DNA of 64,000 nt, from the NCBI RefSeq assembly GCF_036321535.1, contig NC_087436.1, positions 22,818,001 to 22,882,000 on the forward strand, given 5' to 3'. Shown here piece after piece: positions 1 to 12,863 of this stretch. Source of the stretch: Camelus dromedarius. Its lineage: Eukaryota. The stretch's first letter is position 1. Each line of letters opens with the position of its first letter. The notes beneath the pieces were generated by a model, which worked only from the letters and a program-made list of their open reading frames with translations, was not told the origin of the DNA and ran no database searches. Made by a program: the position numbers and the translations under genes.

Positions 1-1182
1 AAGAAAGGGTTTGGGCTCCAGAACATCCCTAAAGTTTAATATCCTGATCTGTTGCTCTTAAACCCCTTCCCTCAGGCTCACTGGATTTAGCATGTGCTCT
101 ATGTAAATTCTCCGCACAGTGGCCGGCACACAGAAGGCAGTAAGCGTGGAATTCCTTCCTTGGCTCCCTGGCTCTAGGGAGCCTCAGCCCAGCTGTGATT
201 CAGACCCTGTTTCTCTATTAGCCCCGTCCCCTGTTCCTTGAGACCTCAGGCCTCTGTCACCAGTGTGTCCTCAGAGTATTCAGTGAGGTACTGTCTTTGC
301 AGCACTGGGGACTCTGGGAGCACTGACCTGAGATATTTAAATCAGATTGAGTGTTTATAGATCAACTTGTGAAGGCTCAACTCAAAATGGGCGAAGCATC
401 CACTTTTTTCAGATTTCCTCCCTGATTAATGTCTTCCCTTTGCTTTAGGAATGACCATTATTATAACTCTGCCTGAGTGTGATGCTTCGGATGGAATGAG
501 TTTTAAAACATCTATCAAAATATTGACAATGAAAATCATACAACAAAGTCTAAGTACCCTATCTCCCAAACCCGAAAGGTCAGTTAGTGTTAATTTTGAA
601 TACAGAATGTGATTTTTATCCAATATAGCCATCTGGATGACAGTAGTTACCAGATGTCCAAAAAAAAATTAAGATACATTAAAATAAATGAAAATAGTTA
701 AAGGGATCATTGATTCTATTACTTTTCTACCTGGGGGCTAGTGGGAAAACAATGCATAGGTAACCTTCAATGCCTTTAAAATAAACTCAATATGATACAT
801 GTTGAAGTACATTAATGGTTGTACTTGGAAATAACAAGGCATGATTATAAATGGAATCAGATCATTTTCTAACTAGGAGTGCAAAATGTGTTAACCATGA
901 TAAATATCTAACATCAGATAATAACTATTAACTTAAATTTTAGTTTCATTTCTTTTTGAGTAGAATCAAATTATAACTTCAATAAAAATTTCTTGAAATA
1001 ACAAGCATAGATGCATCTAATCTCCAGCTGCTTCCATAATTAACCATGATAAAGCAAAACACTTTAAATTACCAAACATAAAATAAATGAGATCTGTTAC
1101 TGTGATTTTCTTTCCTAAAGCCTGCTACTTAAAGATGCTAAGACAGCAATTAAAAATTACATCAAAATGAGATATGAAATAT

Positions 1183-1598
1183 ATCAGTCGGAAATGGAAT
1201 GCAACTGAAAACTCAGATAATGGTGAATTCAACAAGATAGTTTACTTTTCTCTCATGTTACAGGAAGTCCAAAACAGGTATAGAACTTTACTGCCAAAGA
1301 GCTGAGGATTCTTTTGGACAGGCTCTCAAAGAAACTTTTAGGCAGGAAATTTGAGGAAGAGAGAGAAGGCAAAACAACCCACAATGGCTGAGTCAGCAGG
1401 CTTTCCTGAAACCCAACCAATGACTAGATTCCGATTATTGACCAAGATTGAATCACCTGAGCAAGCCCAGTTGCCAGAAAGGCCAGCAAATGTGGTTTTT
1501 CAGCTGCACACATTGCAAACCTGAGTAAAACTGAGGTTCTGTTATTAAGGGAGAAATGAATAATGGATATTTTGTAGGAAACTAGCAGTTGCAGCCAC
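1183..1598 (-). mobile_element. Old MaLR LTR (MLT1K/L-like), degraded
   Basis: Ends ...gttctgttattaagggagaaatgaataatggatattttgtaggaaactagcagttgcagccac, matching the reverse complement of the MLT1J/K/L 5' end as recalled. Confidence 0.6.
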
Positions 1599-1670
1599 TT
1601 TTTGATTTTTTTTTTTATATTCCACAAGACAGGAAATTTGAAAACTTTAAGGGTGGGTTAAAAAAAAAGT

Positions 1671-1760
1671 GGGAGTGTGGGTATAGCTCATTGGTAGAGG
1701 GCATGCTTCACATGTACGAGGTCCTGGATTCAATTCCCAGTGCCTCTATTTAAAAAAAAT
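1671..1760 (+). mobile_element. tRNA-derived SINE, camelid vic-1-like, head only
   Basis: gggtatagctcattggtagag (A box) and ggattcaattccc (B box), A-rich tail; homologous to the copies at 18556 and 60976. Confidence 0.8.
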
Positions 1761-2239
1761 TTTTTTTAATTTTTTAAAAAAATGGGTCAAAATGAGAAAC
1801 TGTTCATTAAAAATCCCTTCCAGTACAAAACCACTAGGTCCTGCATGCAACTTAATTTTTAATCTCTTGGTGAGCTCACAGGAAGTAAGGAAAATCTCTA
1901 ACATCACCACCTCCCTTTCCCTGGGTTGGGAGGGGGGAGCTGGAACTGCAACCAGGGTGTTAAAAAGTAAGCTGACGTGAAAGGGGTGTTTGTCTGAGGC
2001 CAAACCAACATCAGCAAGGCATAAAGCAGACTAAGCCTCTTGGCAGCAACAACCTGGGTCCTTGAAGGCAGTGAGGGTGGTCCCAGGTGCGTGGTGTCTT
2101 CGACTTGAACAAGAAGCAAATGTGAATACTTGCTGCAGGAAGAAATTGCCAGTGTAGGTCTACAGGTTGTCCAAAGCCAAGCATGATACCACAATAGAAG
2201 ATGAACAAATACTCACAGAAGTGGTCTAAATACTCAAAA

Positions 2240-3200
2240 AAAATCTACGAAAGTGATTCATCACATTAACAGCTTAAAGGCAAAAAAGTGAATTGTCCCC
2301 TCATTAACTGCAGAAAAACATTTCACTCACCATTCATTTGTGATTCTAAACACACCCCTACAACTTATAAATTCTCTTGCCATTTCAAATAGTTTTTCTG
2401 TGAATAATTTTGGCTTTTCTATGTAGACAATGATATCATCTGTGATGGATGACTTTTTCTTTCTACTTTTCCTATTCCTTATATCTTTTATTTTATATTC
2501 TTTCTTTAATGACCTGGGTAGGACTTCTGGTACAACGTTGAACAGAAGCCATGATAGGGGGTATCTTTGTCTGGTTTCTGATTTTAAAGAGAATGCTTTT
2601 ATCATATTGTCATTTAAAAGATGTTTGAAATTATAGGTTTTAATAGATACCTCTTCTTTTTGGCAGTGATGGCAGTGGGTTGGGGTGTGGATTAAAAATG
2701 TTCCTTTCTATTACTAAGAAATTGGTTTTTACCCATGAATTAGTGGTGAAACAATGAACTCTTAAAAAAGAAATTTAAAAAGAAAAGCAACCCAATAGAA
2801 AAATGAATAAATATGAACAGGCTATTCATAGACATGGAAAAACAAATTGTGGATAAATGTATGTAGTTATTTTTAGCTTAATTATTAATCAGGTAATTTT
2901 CACACCTAGTCAAATATTCTAGGGAAACTTCTGTACAAAGTTACCAGAAAATGTACACAAAGTACATGTTCATAGTAGCATAACAGCAAACTTTTGCAAA
3001 CCAGACCAAATGTTCATCAACAAGAGAATGGAATAATAAATCATTACATACTCGGCCAGTGCAATTGCTAAATGATAGTAGAAATGAGTGAACTACAACA
3101 ATATGCAGAATTGGTTAAATTTCAGAAATAGAATATTTACATATATTATAAATAGAATATTTTACATAGTATTTTGCATGTAGCAAATATTAAATAATTT
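2240..3200. mobile_element. Ancient L1 (L1M/L1ME) ORF2 and 3' fragments with an internally inverted segment
   Basis: Plus-strand VIHHIN-like piece at about 2240-2358; minus-strand ORF 2327-2605 (KAFSLKSETRQRYPLSWLLFNVV...DDIIVYIEKP) resembles L1 RT; plus-strand 3' region from about 2751. Confidence 0.75.
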
Positions 3201-3213
3201 AAATTGTAAGTGG

Positions 3214-3680
3214 TGTTGAGAGTGGCAGTTTGCCATGAACCCTCAGATGCACATTCTTGTAGGTGTGCCAGGAATGCAAGGCCCTTTAGCAGGGCCATAT
3301 CTCAAGAGTTATTTTTGCAGTGGGCACACTTGAAGATTGAGGTAACGTGTCTTACTGGACAAAGAGCACTCTTGCTTCCATTTGCTAAAAAAGGCAAGGA
3401 ATTCCTCAAGCTCAGTGTTCTTTGGCTATGATGCAAACCTTACTGTGTGCATAGCAGCCCTCTGGCCCCTCTGCCTTACTTCCTTGAGATTTGAGAATCA
3501 ACAGGGAACCAATATGATCATCTGACACTCTGGCCACTGCTGTGCCATGAATACTAAAGTCCTTTGCCCCTGATCCAAGAGTCTTGGGTCATCTGCCAAC
3601 ATCCATAAAACAGTAACAGTAACAGTAACTTGCTAGCCTCTACAGTGAGTAAAATCCCAGACTCTTCATGGACCTTGACA
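3214..3680 (+). mobile_element. Solo ERVL LTR, LTR40-like
   Basis: TG...CA termini (tgttgag...ttgaca); internal aagctcagtgttc and taaagtcctttgcccctgatccaagagtc; end gtaaaatcccagactcttcatggaccttgaca matches LTR40 as recalled. Confidence 0.75.
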
Positions 3681-4059
3681 GAAAGTTGGGAGACTAGAAA
3701 AACTTCATAAGACCTTGGCCCTGTTTAGGCACTGACCTGCTATCTTGTCTTGGACTAATGAGCAATCTCTGCAGAATTTTCATTCCTCTCATGTAAATGG
3801 AGAAAGTTGAAGTAGATAGTCTTTGATATGCCATGGTGCCATGTTGTGTGAGTACAGGGAAAATTACCCTGCAATGTAAAAGAAAGTCACTCATCCAGAT
3901 AAAATGGAGCTTGCAAGGAAGAACTGAAGCTCTTTTACAATCTCACTTTGTAAGTGTCTGAATGTTTCTCACTGAGTGCTTTGGTAGGTGGCATTTTTTT
4001 CCTCCTCATTTTTCTTTATTTTTCTACACATGGGTGTTGATGTAATGGCAATGATAAAG

Positions 4060-4503
4060 TACAGCAGTGTGCCAGCCACTCAGGGCCATCTTCCTCCTGT
4101 GCTCGTCTCTGTATTGCAAGGGCTGGAAGCCTAGGTTCTGGGTTAGATTCCATCAATCACATGAGATTCAGAAAGCAGAAGAGAGGCAGAATCCGTTGTT
4201 ATTCCTCCTGCAGAGCAAGGCAAGCATTCACCCTCACAAACAGCAGTAATGAACTTTGGCCAACTGCTTCCTGTCATTCTTCTGAGAATAACTCATTTCA
4301 GTGCCACAGATAACTGAGGTCATCAGTGGTGGTTTCTTGCAGTTCCTTCTGTCTCCATATTTCACAAGAGGTGGTTTTGCTCACTTTTGTTCCTTCAACC
4401 CTTGTTTTTATTGTTTGTAAAGTGCTTAATATCTTTGTTAAATCCTTCCTGCTCAAAATACCTGCAATGGTTTCTCTTGTTCTGGCTGAACCCCGACTCA
4501 TAA
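4060..4503 (+). mobile_element. ERVL LTR, LTR33-like
   Basis: ctctgtattgcaagggctggaagc near the start; 3' end taaatccttcctgctcaaaatacctgcaatggtttct...gaaccccgactcata. Confidence 0.55.
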
Positions 4504-4624
4504 AAAACAAAAGGTAAATTTTGAGGAAAAGCTACTTGAAATTGATTTTATTTTTTCTCCTTTTATTGTAAAAACTTGAACAGTAAAAATAGAGCTAAAG
4601 ATTCTGTTAGGATCTGTAGCCACA

Positions 4625-5191
4625 TCTCTTGGTTTTCTATTGCTTCTATAACGTTTCCATAAACTCAACAAAGTTTCTTTTATCTTCTGTAGCTCAGAAG
4701 TCTGAGTGGGCTTAAATGGCACTCTGCTTAGGGTTTCACAAGGCCAAAATTAGGGTGTCAGCCAGGCTGCATTCATTAGTGGAGAATGTGGCTCACACCT
4801 CATTCGGCTTGTGGGTTCATTTCAATTCCTCGAGGGTGTAGGAATGAGGTCCTCGTGCCTGTGCTGGCCATCATCCAGGGGCTGGTCTCTGCTGTTAGAG
4901 GCTGCCCACATTTGTTTTCATGTTTTCCATGTGGCCCTCTTTAGCAGCAGACTCGTGGGATTGAGTCTCTCCCATCTTTGTCATCTAACTTCTGCTCCAT
5001 CTCTCCAACTCCAGTTAGAGAAGGTTCTCTGCTGTGCCCACCCAGATAACCCAACATAAACTCTTCAGCTCAATTTATCTTTAATTATCCCTGCAAAGTC
5101 CCTTACTCCAAGTCACATAACATATTCAGAGGTTCCTAGGATTAGAGCATAGTCACCTGGTGAGGGGGAAGGAGTGAATTCTGCTTAACAC
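4625..5191 (-). mobile_element. MaLR LTR (MLT1D/E-like)
   Basis: ttttctattgc...aaggccaaaattagggtgtcagccaggctgcattc...acatattcagaggttcctaggattagagcat...ttctgcttaacaca. Confidence 0.75.
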
Positions 5192-7271
5192 ATCATCTAA
5201 ACATTTGAATAGTATTCACCGTATCTTCTTCATCTGACATCCTCACTTGAATCCTTATGATCTGCCTTGACTGCAGAAATCTTTAACCTGGTATTTTGGT
5301 TTCGGAACATTCCTTTAAATAGGAGTAAGAGAGGGAGAGATGGAAAGGCACTGCCAATGCTTGATTTTTGGAGAACAACAATAACAGAGCTGACCCAAGG
5401 TGACTTTAGAGGGAGAACAAGTACTCCAGGAGTGACCATGCATGGACCTGGAAGAGTGAATCGTCTTATAAAGGTATCACCTGAGTGATATCATTTTCAA
5501 AACCCGAGATGCAGGACCCAATTTCTTCCCTTCTCCAGCAGTTGCACACGTTAATTCTTTTTAATTGAGCAGCTTGCCTTCCAACACACACACATGCAAC
5601 CAAAATTGGGAAACATAGTAATTTCTTAGAATAAGTTTTTGCCAAAAGCCTGACCTGAGGTGGACGGGGAATTTGAAATTGCTCCTTAGAACCTAGAAAT
5701 TAATAGTTTGCTCTGTGGGATGAGAAGACATCATCAATTCTCTTGTCAAATAAACATAATATGTGTCTAGATTTATAGTGAAATGAGCTATGTTCCCTGC
5801 TATTTGGCTCCAAGAAGAAATGTTTCTCATCATAATGGATACCTCCTCACATACAAGCCCTGAAACATATTTGTGCTTTGATATGGAACAAAAATATTCA
5901 TTAGAAGAATGACAACCCTTTGTCCTGCCTCTGTAAATCCATCATCCATCTCAATCATAGAAACTATTTTTCCTCTCTAATTTTGTTTTCCCAGACCCCA
6001 TTCTCATTCTTTTTGTTTCCTTTATTGCCTATGAAACATAGTCCAGAAAGGAAAATAAATGAAATATGCAGAGATAAATAATAGCTCGACAGAATCTTCT
6101 GTTTTATCATCTCAGGTCCTTTGGTTTCTGAGCATTACAGAAAAAAAATGGGATAGGAAGAACATTTTATAAGCAGTATATGTGAATAACCTGTATTCCT
6201 TGACAGATACTACAAAATGGTTTCTTAATATTTAAGATATATATTCTAAAATAAGTGCAGGGAATTTCAATTCCACTTATTGGTTTAAAAAATGCATCAA
6301 ATCTAGCCTCTTGTTAATATTCTAGTCTTGTGTCAAATGACCTTAAAAAGCATGTCAATATTTATTTGATGTAGGATAATTTTAAGAATATTTATCCCAA
6401 TGGGTTAACTATATTCAGAAAAAGGCCTCCAGGCATGCATTTATAGGAATACATCAGATGGCCTTGCCAAAATTTTACACTGTAAAATGTCCCTTGGGTT
6501 TTGCTTATACAAAAAAGGTCCTTTAAAATAATAAATAGGCTGGGCTTGCAGGCACTCTGAAATTAGAACATTCATATCACTCACCCCAAAAGCATTTATC
6601 AGTATTCCACCAAAGACTGAGGACAACTCAGCAAATGCAAAATGGGTAAAAGAACATAATCATAATTTTTACATTACAATTTATAGTTTATTGAGATTTT
6701 ACCTTAATTACCTTATTTGGATAAGATGTGTGTCAGGTTGTCACCGTGAGTTCCAAGAGCTCTTGCCCATTCTGCCACCGACAGTAACCTCAGTTTGTCT
6801 CCTTTAAAATCTCTCTCCAGCCTCAGAAGATCAATTTAAATGGCATGTATTCATAGAACAGGGAGAAGGAGGTGAGTTGAAGAGTGTTTGTACTTGTTGA
6901 GTGTCTGCCATATATTAAGCACTAGAGATGCCAAGGTGACTAGATAAGGGATTTCATCTTTGAAAAACATCAGAAAGTCAAGGAAGTCAAGATGAGTGGA
7001 TCATTGTTAAGTACTTACGCAAAGATCTTTCTGGGTCCAGCAGGAAGAACGCCTTCAGTTCCTGAACATACCCATTTTATGCAGTATCACCTTGGCCTGG
7101 AGATCTTTTCTCCCCACTCTCCCCTGTCCCCTACTCATCCTTCCAAAATTCTTAACAGAAATGTTGCTCCTCTGAGAAGGGCTAGAGAAGCTATTTTGTT
7201 CCTTCATTGTACAAAGGATTGCATATTTCTGTTACTTTCATAATCAGGAGCCAAGTAGACCTGAACTGTCT

Positions 7272-7408
7272 TGTAGTGGTGCTGGTCAGTGGTGTGCTGC
7301 TGGTGGGGCTGGTGGTGGTGATGCTAGTTTTCTGGTGATACTGGTGGTGGTGGTGCTGGTGGGCTGTTGGGGATGGCGCTGCTGGCCGTGCTGTGATGTT
7401 GATGGTGG
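7272..7408. repeat. Degenerate (GGT/GCT)n low-complexity tract
   Basis: Run of gtggtg/gctggtg triplets seen directly. Confidence 0.85.
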
Positions 7409-9539
7409 ATCAGCCCAGAGCCACACTTTTGCTCCTCAATGAGCCTTTTCTCTCACCACCTCAGAACCCAAGGAGCACATTGGCAAAAGCAGAAACAAAA
7501 CAGAACAAAACAAAATCTCCCTCGAAGGTGCTCCCAAGCTGATTTGCACAAATACAAAAATAAGACCGTAAAAGTTTCAGGAGGGTTGAGAACAACCTTT
7601 CCAGATCTGGTGCCTTTGGGTCCCTACTAAATGACATAGAAGTGATCCTTGTATATCCAAAGGCTGGAGTTGGAGAAAATGGTGACCAAGACATAATTCT
7701 CAGTCAATGACACAGAATGATCAGAGTCCATGCTTTTCATTATAATCACATATTTTTTGTCTGCATAAATATACATGATCTTTTGTGTGTGTGTGTATTT
7801 TTTTTAAATACTGCTGAAGATAGATCCAACCTGGTGGCCATATAGTCAAAGTGTGTATTATGAAACAAAATTGGAAATAAATCTCTTGGCATTTCCAAAG
7901 AGAACATGAATTCTATTTTTAAATGTGTGCCAAGCAGCATACTCTTGTTTTAAGGATTTATTGCCACTGTATGTATTCTCCGCATCCAGCATTCCCTTTT
8001 ATGGACTAGTCTGCAGTTGCAGAGTAAAATGTTACTGTTTGTTAATTTGGTAGTGGTCTGATCTCTAAAGACTCCTGAAACTATTTCTCTGTCACTATAT
8101 ACTTAGTAACTTTCAGAGTTTTCTCTTGTTAAGACAAATTCTAATGAAAAAACCCTTGACTGCAGACATTAAAATTGAATATGTTATTATAAAGTAATGA
8201 GAATAATTTTCTTGTGCAATTCACAAATGGATTTGGAAAGCATTTTTATTAAAAATTTCAGAAACTTTTTAAATATTTCCAGAATGTTTTAAAGAAGAGT
8301 ATAACCTCCCTCAAAAAACTAATTTGAAAAATAATCATTCTATATTAGTGTGGTATTTTTAAGCAAAAGTCTAACTTTGAATTCACACCTAATAAGCATG
8401 GATATAAGTATCTTTATGAATATATTTATTAACAAAATACTAGGATTCTGACTAAACTCTGGTTGTGTTTAAGACAAGAATGATTCAGACATTTTAGTGC
8501 ACTCTGGGCTATTATTTTTATCTGCCTGGGAAGTTTTCCCATCTCTCTTCTTAAATAACAGAACTTGCTCCCTTTAAAAAATACATATTCAAAAAAGTTT
8601 GATAAAAGCAAACTTAGAAAAATACAAGAAACGTTTTAGCTTAATTTTCTTTGTTATTCTGAAAATGGTTTGTCCTAAATATAGTAAGTTGCAAATACAA
8701 AATATTAAGAGTTTTAAAATGAGTACATTCAGTACCTTTAATTCTTTTTTAAATTATGTATTAACATATTAAGGTGATTAAATTGCAAAAAAGGAGGGAA
8801 TGGAAACCACTCAAAATCAAGAAAATATCTATCTAACAAGTATAAAATTAAATTTATTACTGATCATTCAAAACAACGCTGATATAAATTCAAATTAAAT
8901 TTTTGACCAAATACATGAAGACGTTCAAAATTGGGTTGCAGTTGTGAATTCACTAATATATTGAGATGAATAATTCTTAATAAAATAAAAATTTTAGCAT
9001 GGCATTTGTACAGCAAACAAAAGCAACAACTCAGATAAAAGGAAATGACACCAAAGGGTAAAAGAAAAGTCATTTTTAAAACATTTTGGTTTGGGGACAA
9101 AACTTAATTAATCCAGCTCTTGATATCAGCCGCAGATCAGAACAAGATCAGTTCGTGCGGTGAAAACTGGATATTAATGAAATAAAGCTCATCTTGGGAC
9201 ATACTGAAGATCATGCATCTTCTTCTAATCGATCAGCAGCTTCGGGGTCAGCCAACCACCTCTCTGTTCCTCCTCCCTGTGAAGCACATTCTGGGAGATA
9301 GGAGGTCAAAAGAATCAGTCACTTGTGCTGAGGCAAGAGAAAGAGTGGGTCCCCTCTTACTAGAAGGGTCAGTATGTGAAACTAAAGAAGATGCCAAAAT
9401 GCATATCTTGGCAAGGAGCCAGGGTCAACTACAGCTGCAATTCATCACCATTGCCTCTATCCAAAACCATGTACGGTGGGATAGTGTATGAGATCTGTAA
9501 GTTTTAGGAGTTATAACCCCAAATGTTAATTCTTTGTAA

Positions 9540-10057
9540 CTCTTTATTGCTACCAAAAGCCTTTCTAACTTGAAGAGGAAGGTAGTGGAAGTATCTGAAG
9601 CAGTTCTCAGAATCCAGGGCAAACCTGAGGGATCAGACTTGGGAAGGGCAGAACCCAGGGCAGCTCTGAGGATGTAGGTGGCAAGAACTGGTGACTTCTG
9701 AAATGGATCCATTAGATCCAACAGTTCTTGGTACTCGAATCACTTCTCTCAAGAATCAAAGTCCTAACTCCTACACTGTTGATGGGAATGTAAATTGGTG
9801 CAGCCACTATAGAGAACAGTATGGAGTTTCCTTAAAAAAACTAAAAATAGAGTTACTATATGATCTGGCATTTCCACTCCTGGGTATATATCCAGAGAAA
9901 ACTGTAATTTGAAGAGACATATGCACCTCAGTGTTCATAGCAGCACTATTTACAATAGCCAAGACATGGAAACAACCTAAATATCTATCATCAGATGAAT
10001 AGATAAAGATTAAAAATATTACTGAGCCATAAAAAAGAATGAAATAATGCTATTATT

Positions 10058-10101
<44 letters not shown>

Positions 10102-10760
10102 CTAAGTGAAGTAAGTCAAACAGAAAAAGACAAATATCATATGATATCACTTATATGTGAAATCTTAAAAAATGATACAAATGAACTTTTTTTTTTAACA
10201 AATGAACTTATTTACAAACCAGAAATGGACGCAAAGACATAGGAAACAAACTATGGTTACCAAAGGGGAAAGGAGGTGGGGAAGGGATAAATTAGGAGTT
10301 TGGGACTAACAGATACACACTACTGTATACAAAATAATCAACAAGGACCTACTGTATAGCACAGGGAACTATATTCAATTATCTTGTAATAACCTATATT
10401 AGAAAAGAGTCTGGGAAAGAATATATATGTTTATCTATATATAAAAGAATATATATGTATATATAAATATATATAAATGACTGAATCACTTTGCTGTACA
10501 CTAGAAACTAACACAACATTTTAAACCAATTATACTTCAATTTTTTAAAAAGAATCCTGAAGAATAAAAGAAAATAAAAGAATCAAAGTCCTAAGGAGGG
10601 AGTCTAACTGGTCTAATCTAAACCTTGTGCCCTCCTGCTTTTGCTATAAGAAGACTTGATCAGCAATTTCATGGTCTCCTCAAATGGAGAAGATAAAAAA
10701 CCCCTAAAGGGGGCTGGGATTTGTTAGGGAAAGAAACAGTAAGGACACTGCAAGGTGGAA
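9540..10760 (-). mobile_element. Old MaLR LTR (MLT1K/L-like) split by an L1 insertion
   Basis: MaLR-like sequence on both sides (...ctcaagaatcaaagtccta | aggagggagtctaactggtc...) continues across the insertion. Confidence 0.5.
9768..10577 (+). mobile_element. 5'-truncated L1 (ORF2 C-terminus plus 3'UTR) with 17-bp TSD
   Basis: TSD aagaatcaaagtcctaa at 9751-9767 and 10578-10594; L1 3' motifs such as ctgtatagcacagggaactatattcaa. Confidence 0.92.
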
Positions 10761-11822
10761 ACACCTGCCAGATACATCATGCCTCTGTATTTTGTTTACC
10801 TCAATTTAATTTTCATTTTGAGCCTCATCCCACCAGACAGGTGGGAAACTGTGTGTCATTTCTTGGGGTTTCTCCAACCACAGGCATTTTGCTACTATTC
10901 CAGAGCTTTCTGCATCACCAAGGCCTTGGGTAGGGGCACCTAGATTCTGGTCTACTGTCCACACAGATGACCTGGAGAATCCCACAATCTTGTCCATGTG
11001 TCTGCTCACTGCCAGCTCTTTATCACTTCCACCCTGAGCTTTGCATGCGGAAATCTTTAATGAGGTGACTGTGATTAGAGCTTCCCAGCATGCTGTGCAG
11101 CCACTCCTCCTGGAGTCACGTCACATATTGGCACTTGGTCAGGGAGCAATGTTCAAGTCTCTCTTACTAGTAAAACCTTCAGATTGCAAACCCTGTCACA
11201 ATCCAACAGACCCTTCAAAAATACTTCAGGAGATCTTTCTCTCCTTGTGTTTCTTCTAAAACATTTCACCCCCATACATTCACTTAATTTTTCTAGAAAC
11301 TTTACAAACCCTCCAATTAGCTTACTGGCTTAGATTTTGAGCAAAGTCAGGACACTTCGTGGGTTACTAGTGCTTTTCATTCTAACCATACCCCGACCCT
11401 GCCCTCACCTCCACCAACCACTGAAGCAAGCAGAGCAGAGAGTCTAGGGTCAGCTTGGATAGGGGCAACAGAGGGAAAAAGAGAGGAGAGAGGTTGTCCA
11501 GGGCATTGTTAAAGAAAAGATGCGGGGAGAAAGCCACAAATATTATTATCTGATAAAAGATTATCTAATCACACTAAGACCAAGGATTAGCACTGCTGGC
11601 AGAAGGAAAATGACCTGGAATTCATCCAGGAATGGCATTCAGAGGCTTTGCAGGACCTTTTGCATAATCCCAGTTCAGGTTTACAAGTGCAGTCTGGGTT
11701 CAACTAAAGGGGCAGACACCATGTTCGGATTCCCGGGACAGAAAGATTTTTCCTGGCAGCCTGTGAAGGAAGCTCTGCTCCTTTCATTTTTATGAAGGGT
11801 TTCTGTCTGTGCAAATGTGCGT

Positions 11823-11853
11823 TGTGTGTGCGTGTGTGTGCGTGTGTGTGTGT
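11823..11853. repeat. (TG/CG)n microsatellite
   Basis: tgtgtgtgcgtgtgtgtgcgtgtgtgtgtgt. Confidence 0.9.
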
Positions 11854-11944
11854 CTGGAAAGGGCATGTGTAGGGGGGAGGGGTGGGAAAGTGCTCATTAG
11901 TCCTGTATTTTACGTTTCCTCTGAGTATGTGTGCCTGTCTTACA

Positions 11945-12150
11945 TCGTAGTAGCCAATATATCCATCCCACGCACCGGAGACCACTCTAAATGCTTTCAA
12001 CGTTTTAATTACCTCACTTAATCCTCACCAGCACCCTGTGAGGTTGGTGTTACTGGTATCCACATCTTATAGAGCAGGGAACTGAGGCTCAAGCAAGTAA
12101 GAAACAGAGTTGGGATTTGAACCCAGGCAGTTTGGCTCCAGAGTCCCTGC
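11945..12150 (-). mobile_element. MIR SINE
   Basis: ttaatcctcaccagcaccctgtgagg...gaactgaggctca...gggatttgaacccaggcagtttggctccagag. Confidence 0.85.
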
Positions 12151-12349
12151 CTGTCGCCACCTTTCATGTGAACTGTGTTTCTCTAAGCCAGTCGGCTGAC
12201 GTGCCAGCTCTTTGGTTAATTCCACCCATGCTGAATACCTCCCACATGTGAGGCTCCCCTCAGTGCTCTTACCTTGTCTGAACAGAAACAGGATGGACGT
12301 GATTCTGCCCCTACCCTGGAGGAACTTCCGCTTGTAATACTGTAATAGG

Positions 12350-12863
12350 CAGTGTGGTGGCCGTAGTTTTTGTCAAATAGACCTAAAAATAGCCTGAGAT
12401 TCTCTATTTATAATTACACTAAAATTTAAAATTATTATGAACAACACTTGACAGATATTAGATAAGAATTCTATGTGGTCCAAGCTAAACTCTGAAGATC
12501 ATATTAGCTATTAGGATTGAGTTATGTGTGAAAATACTGTATATTCATTAAAATGTAATGTCAGTAAGAGAAAGAAAATGATTTCAAAATTAGATAAACT
12601 AAAAAATGTAATGTCTGAATAGCTAAGTACTATATATATAGTTTCTGATCCTATTTAATGAGCTGTAATATGTTAATAAAAATTAATTTTCCCCAGAATA
12701 TTTTAAACTGTTTTTTAATATTTCGAATGTGGACAATACTGTATGTCCAATTGCATTCAGGGGAGTTGTTGTGATACGTTGGGACCCCTACAGAAAGGCA
12801 TTGGTGCCAGCTAAGGGTATCCGTCAGGTTTTCAGTTAACATTCTGCCGGCATCGCCACATTG
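12350..12863 (-). mobile_element. hAT-Tip100 DNA transposon, MER97-like
   Basis: Terminal inverted repeats cagtgtgg... and ...ccacattg; internal gggacccctacagaaaggcattggtgccagct...ttttcagttaacattctgccggc. Confidence 0.7.

Noticed and set aside
9125..9160. Faint minus-strand similarity to 5S rRNA or AmnSINE1 (gatcttgttctgatct)
   Set aside because: Only about 16 nt and imperfect; cannot be distinguished from chance.
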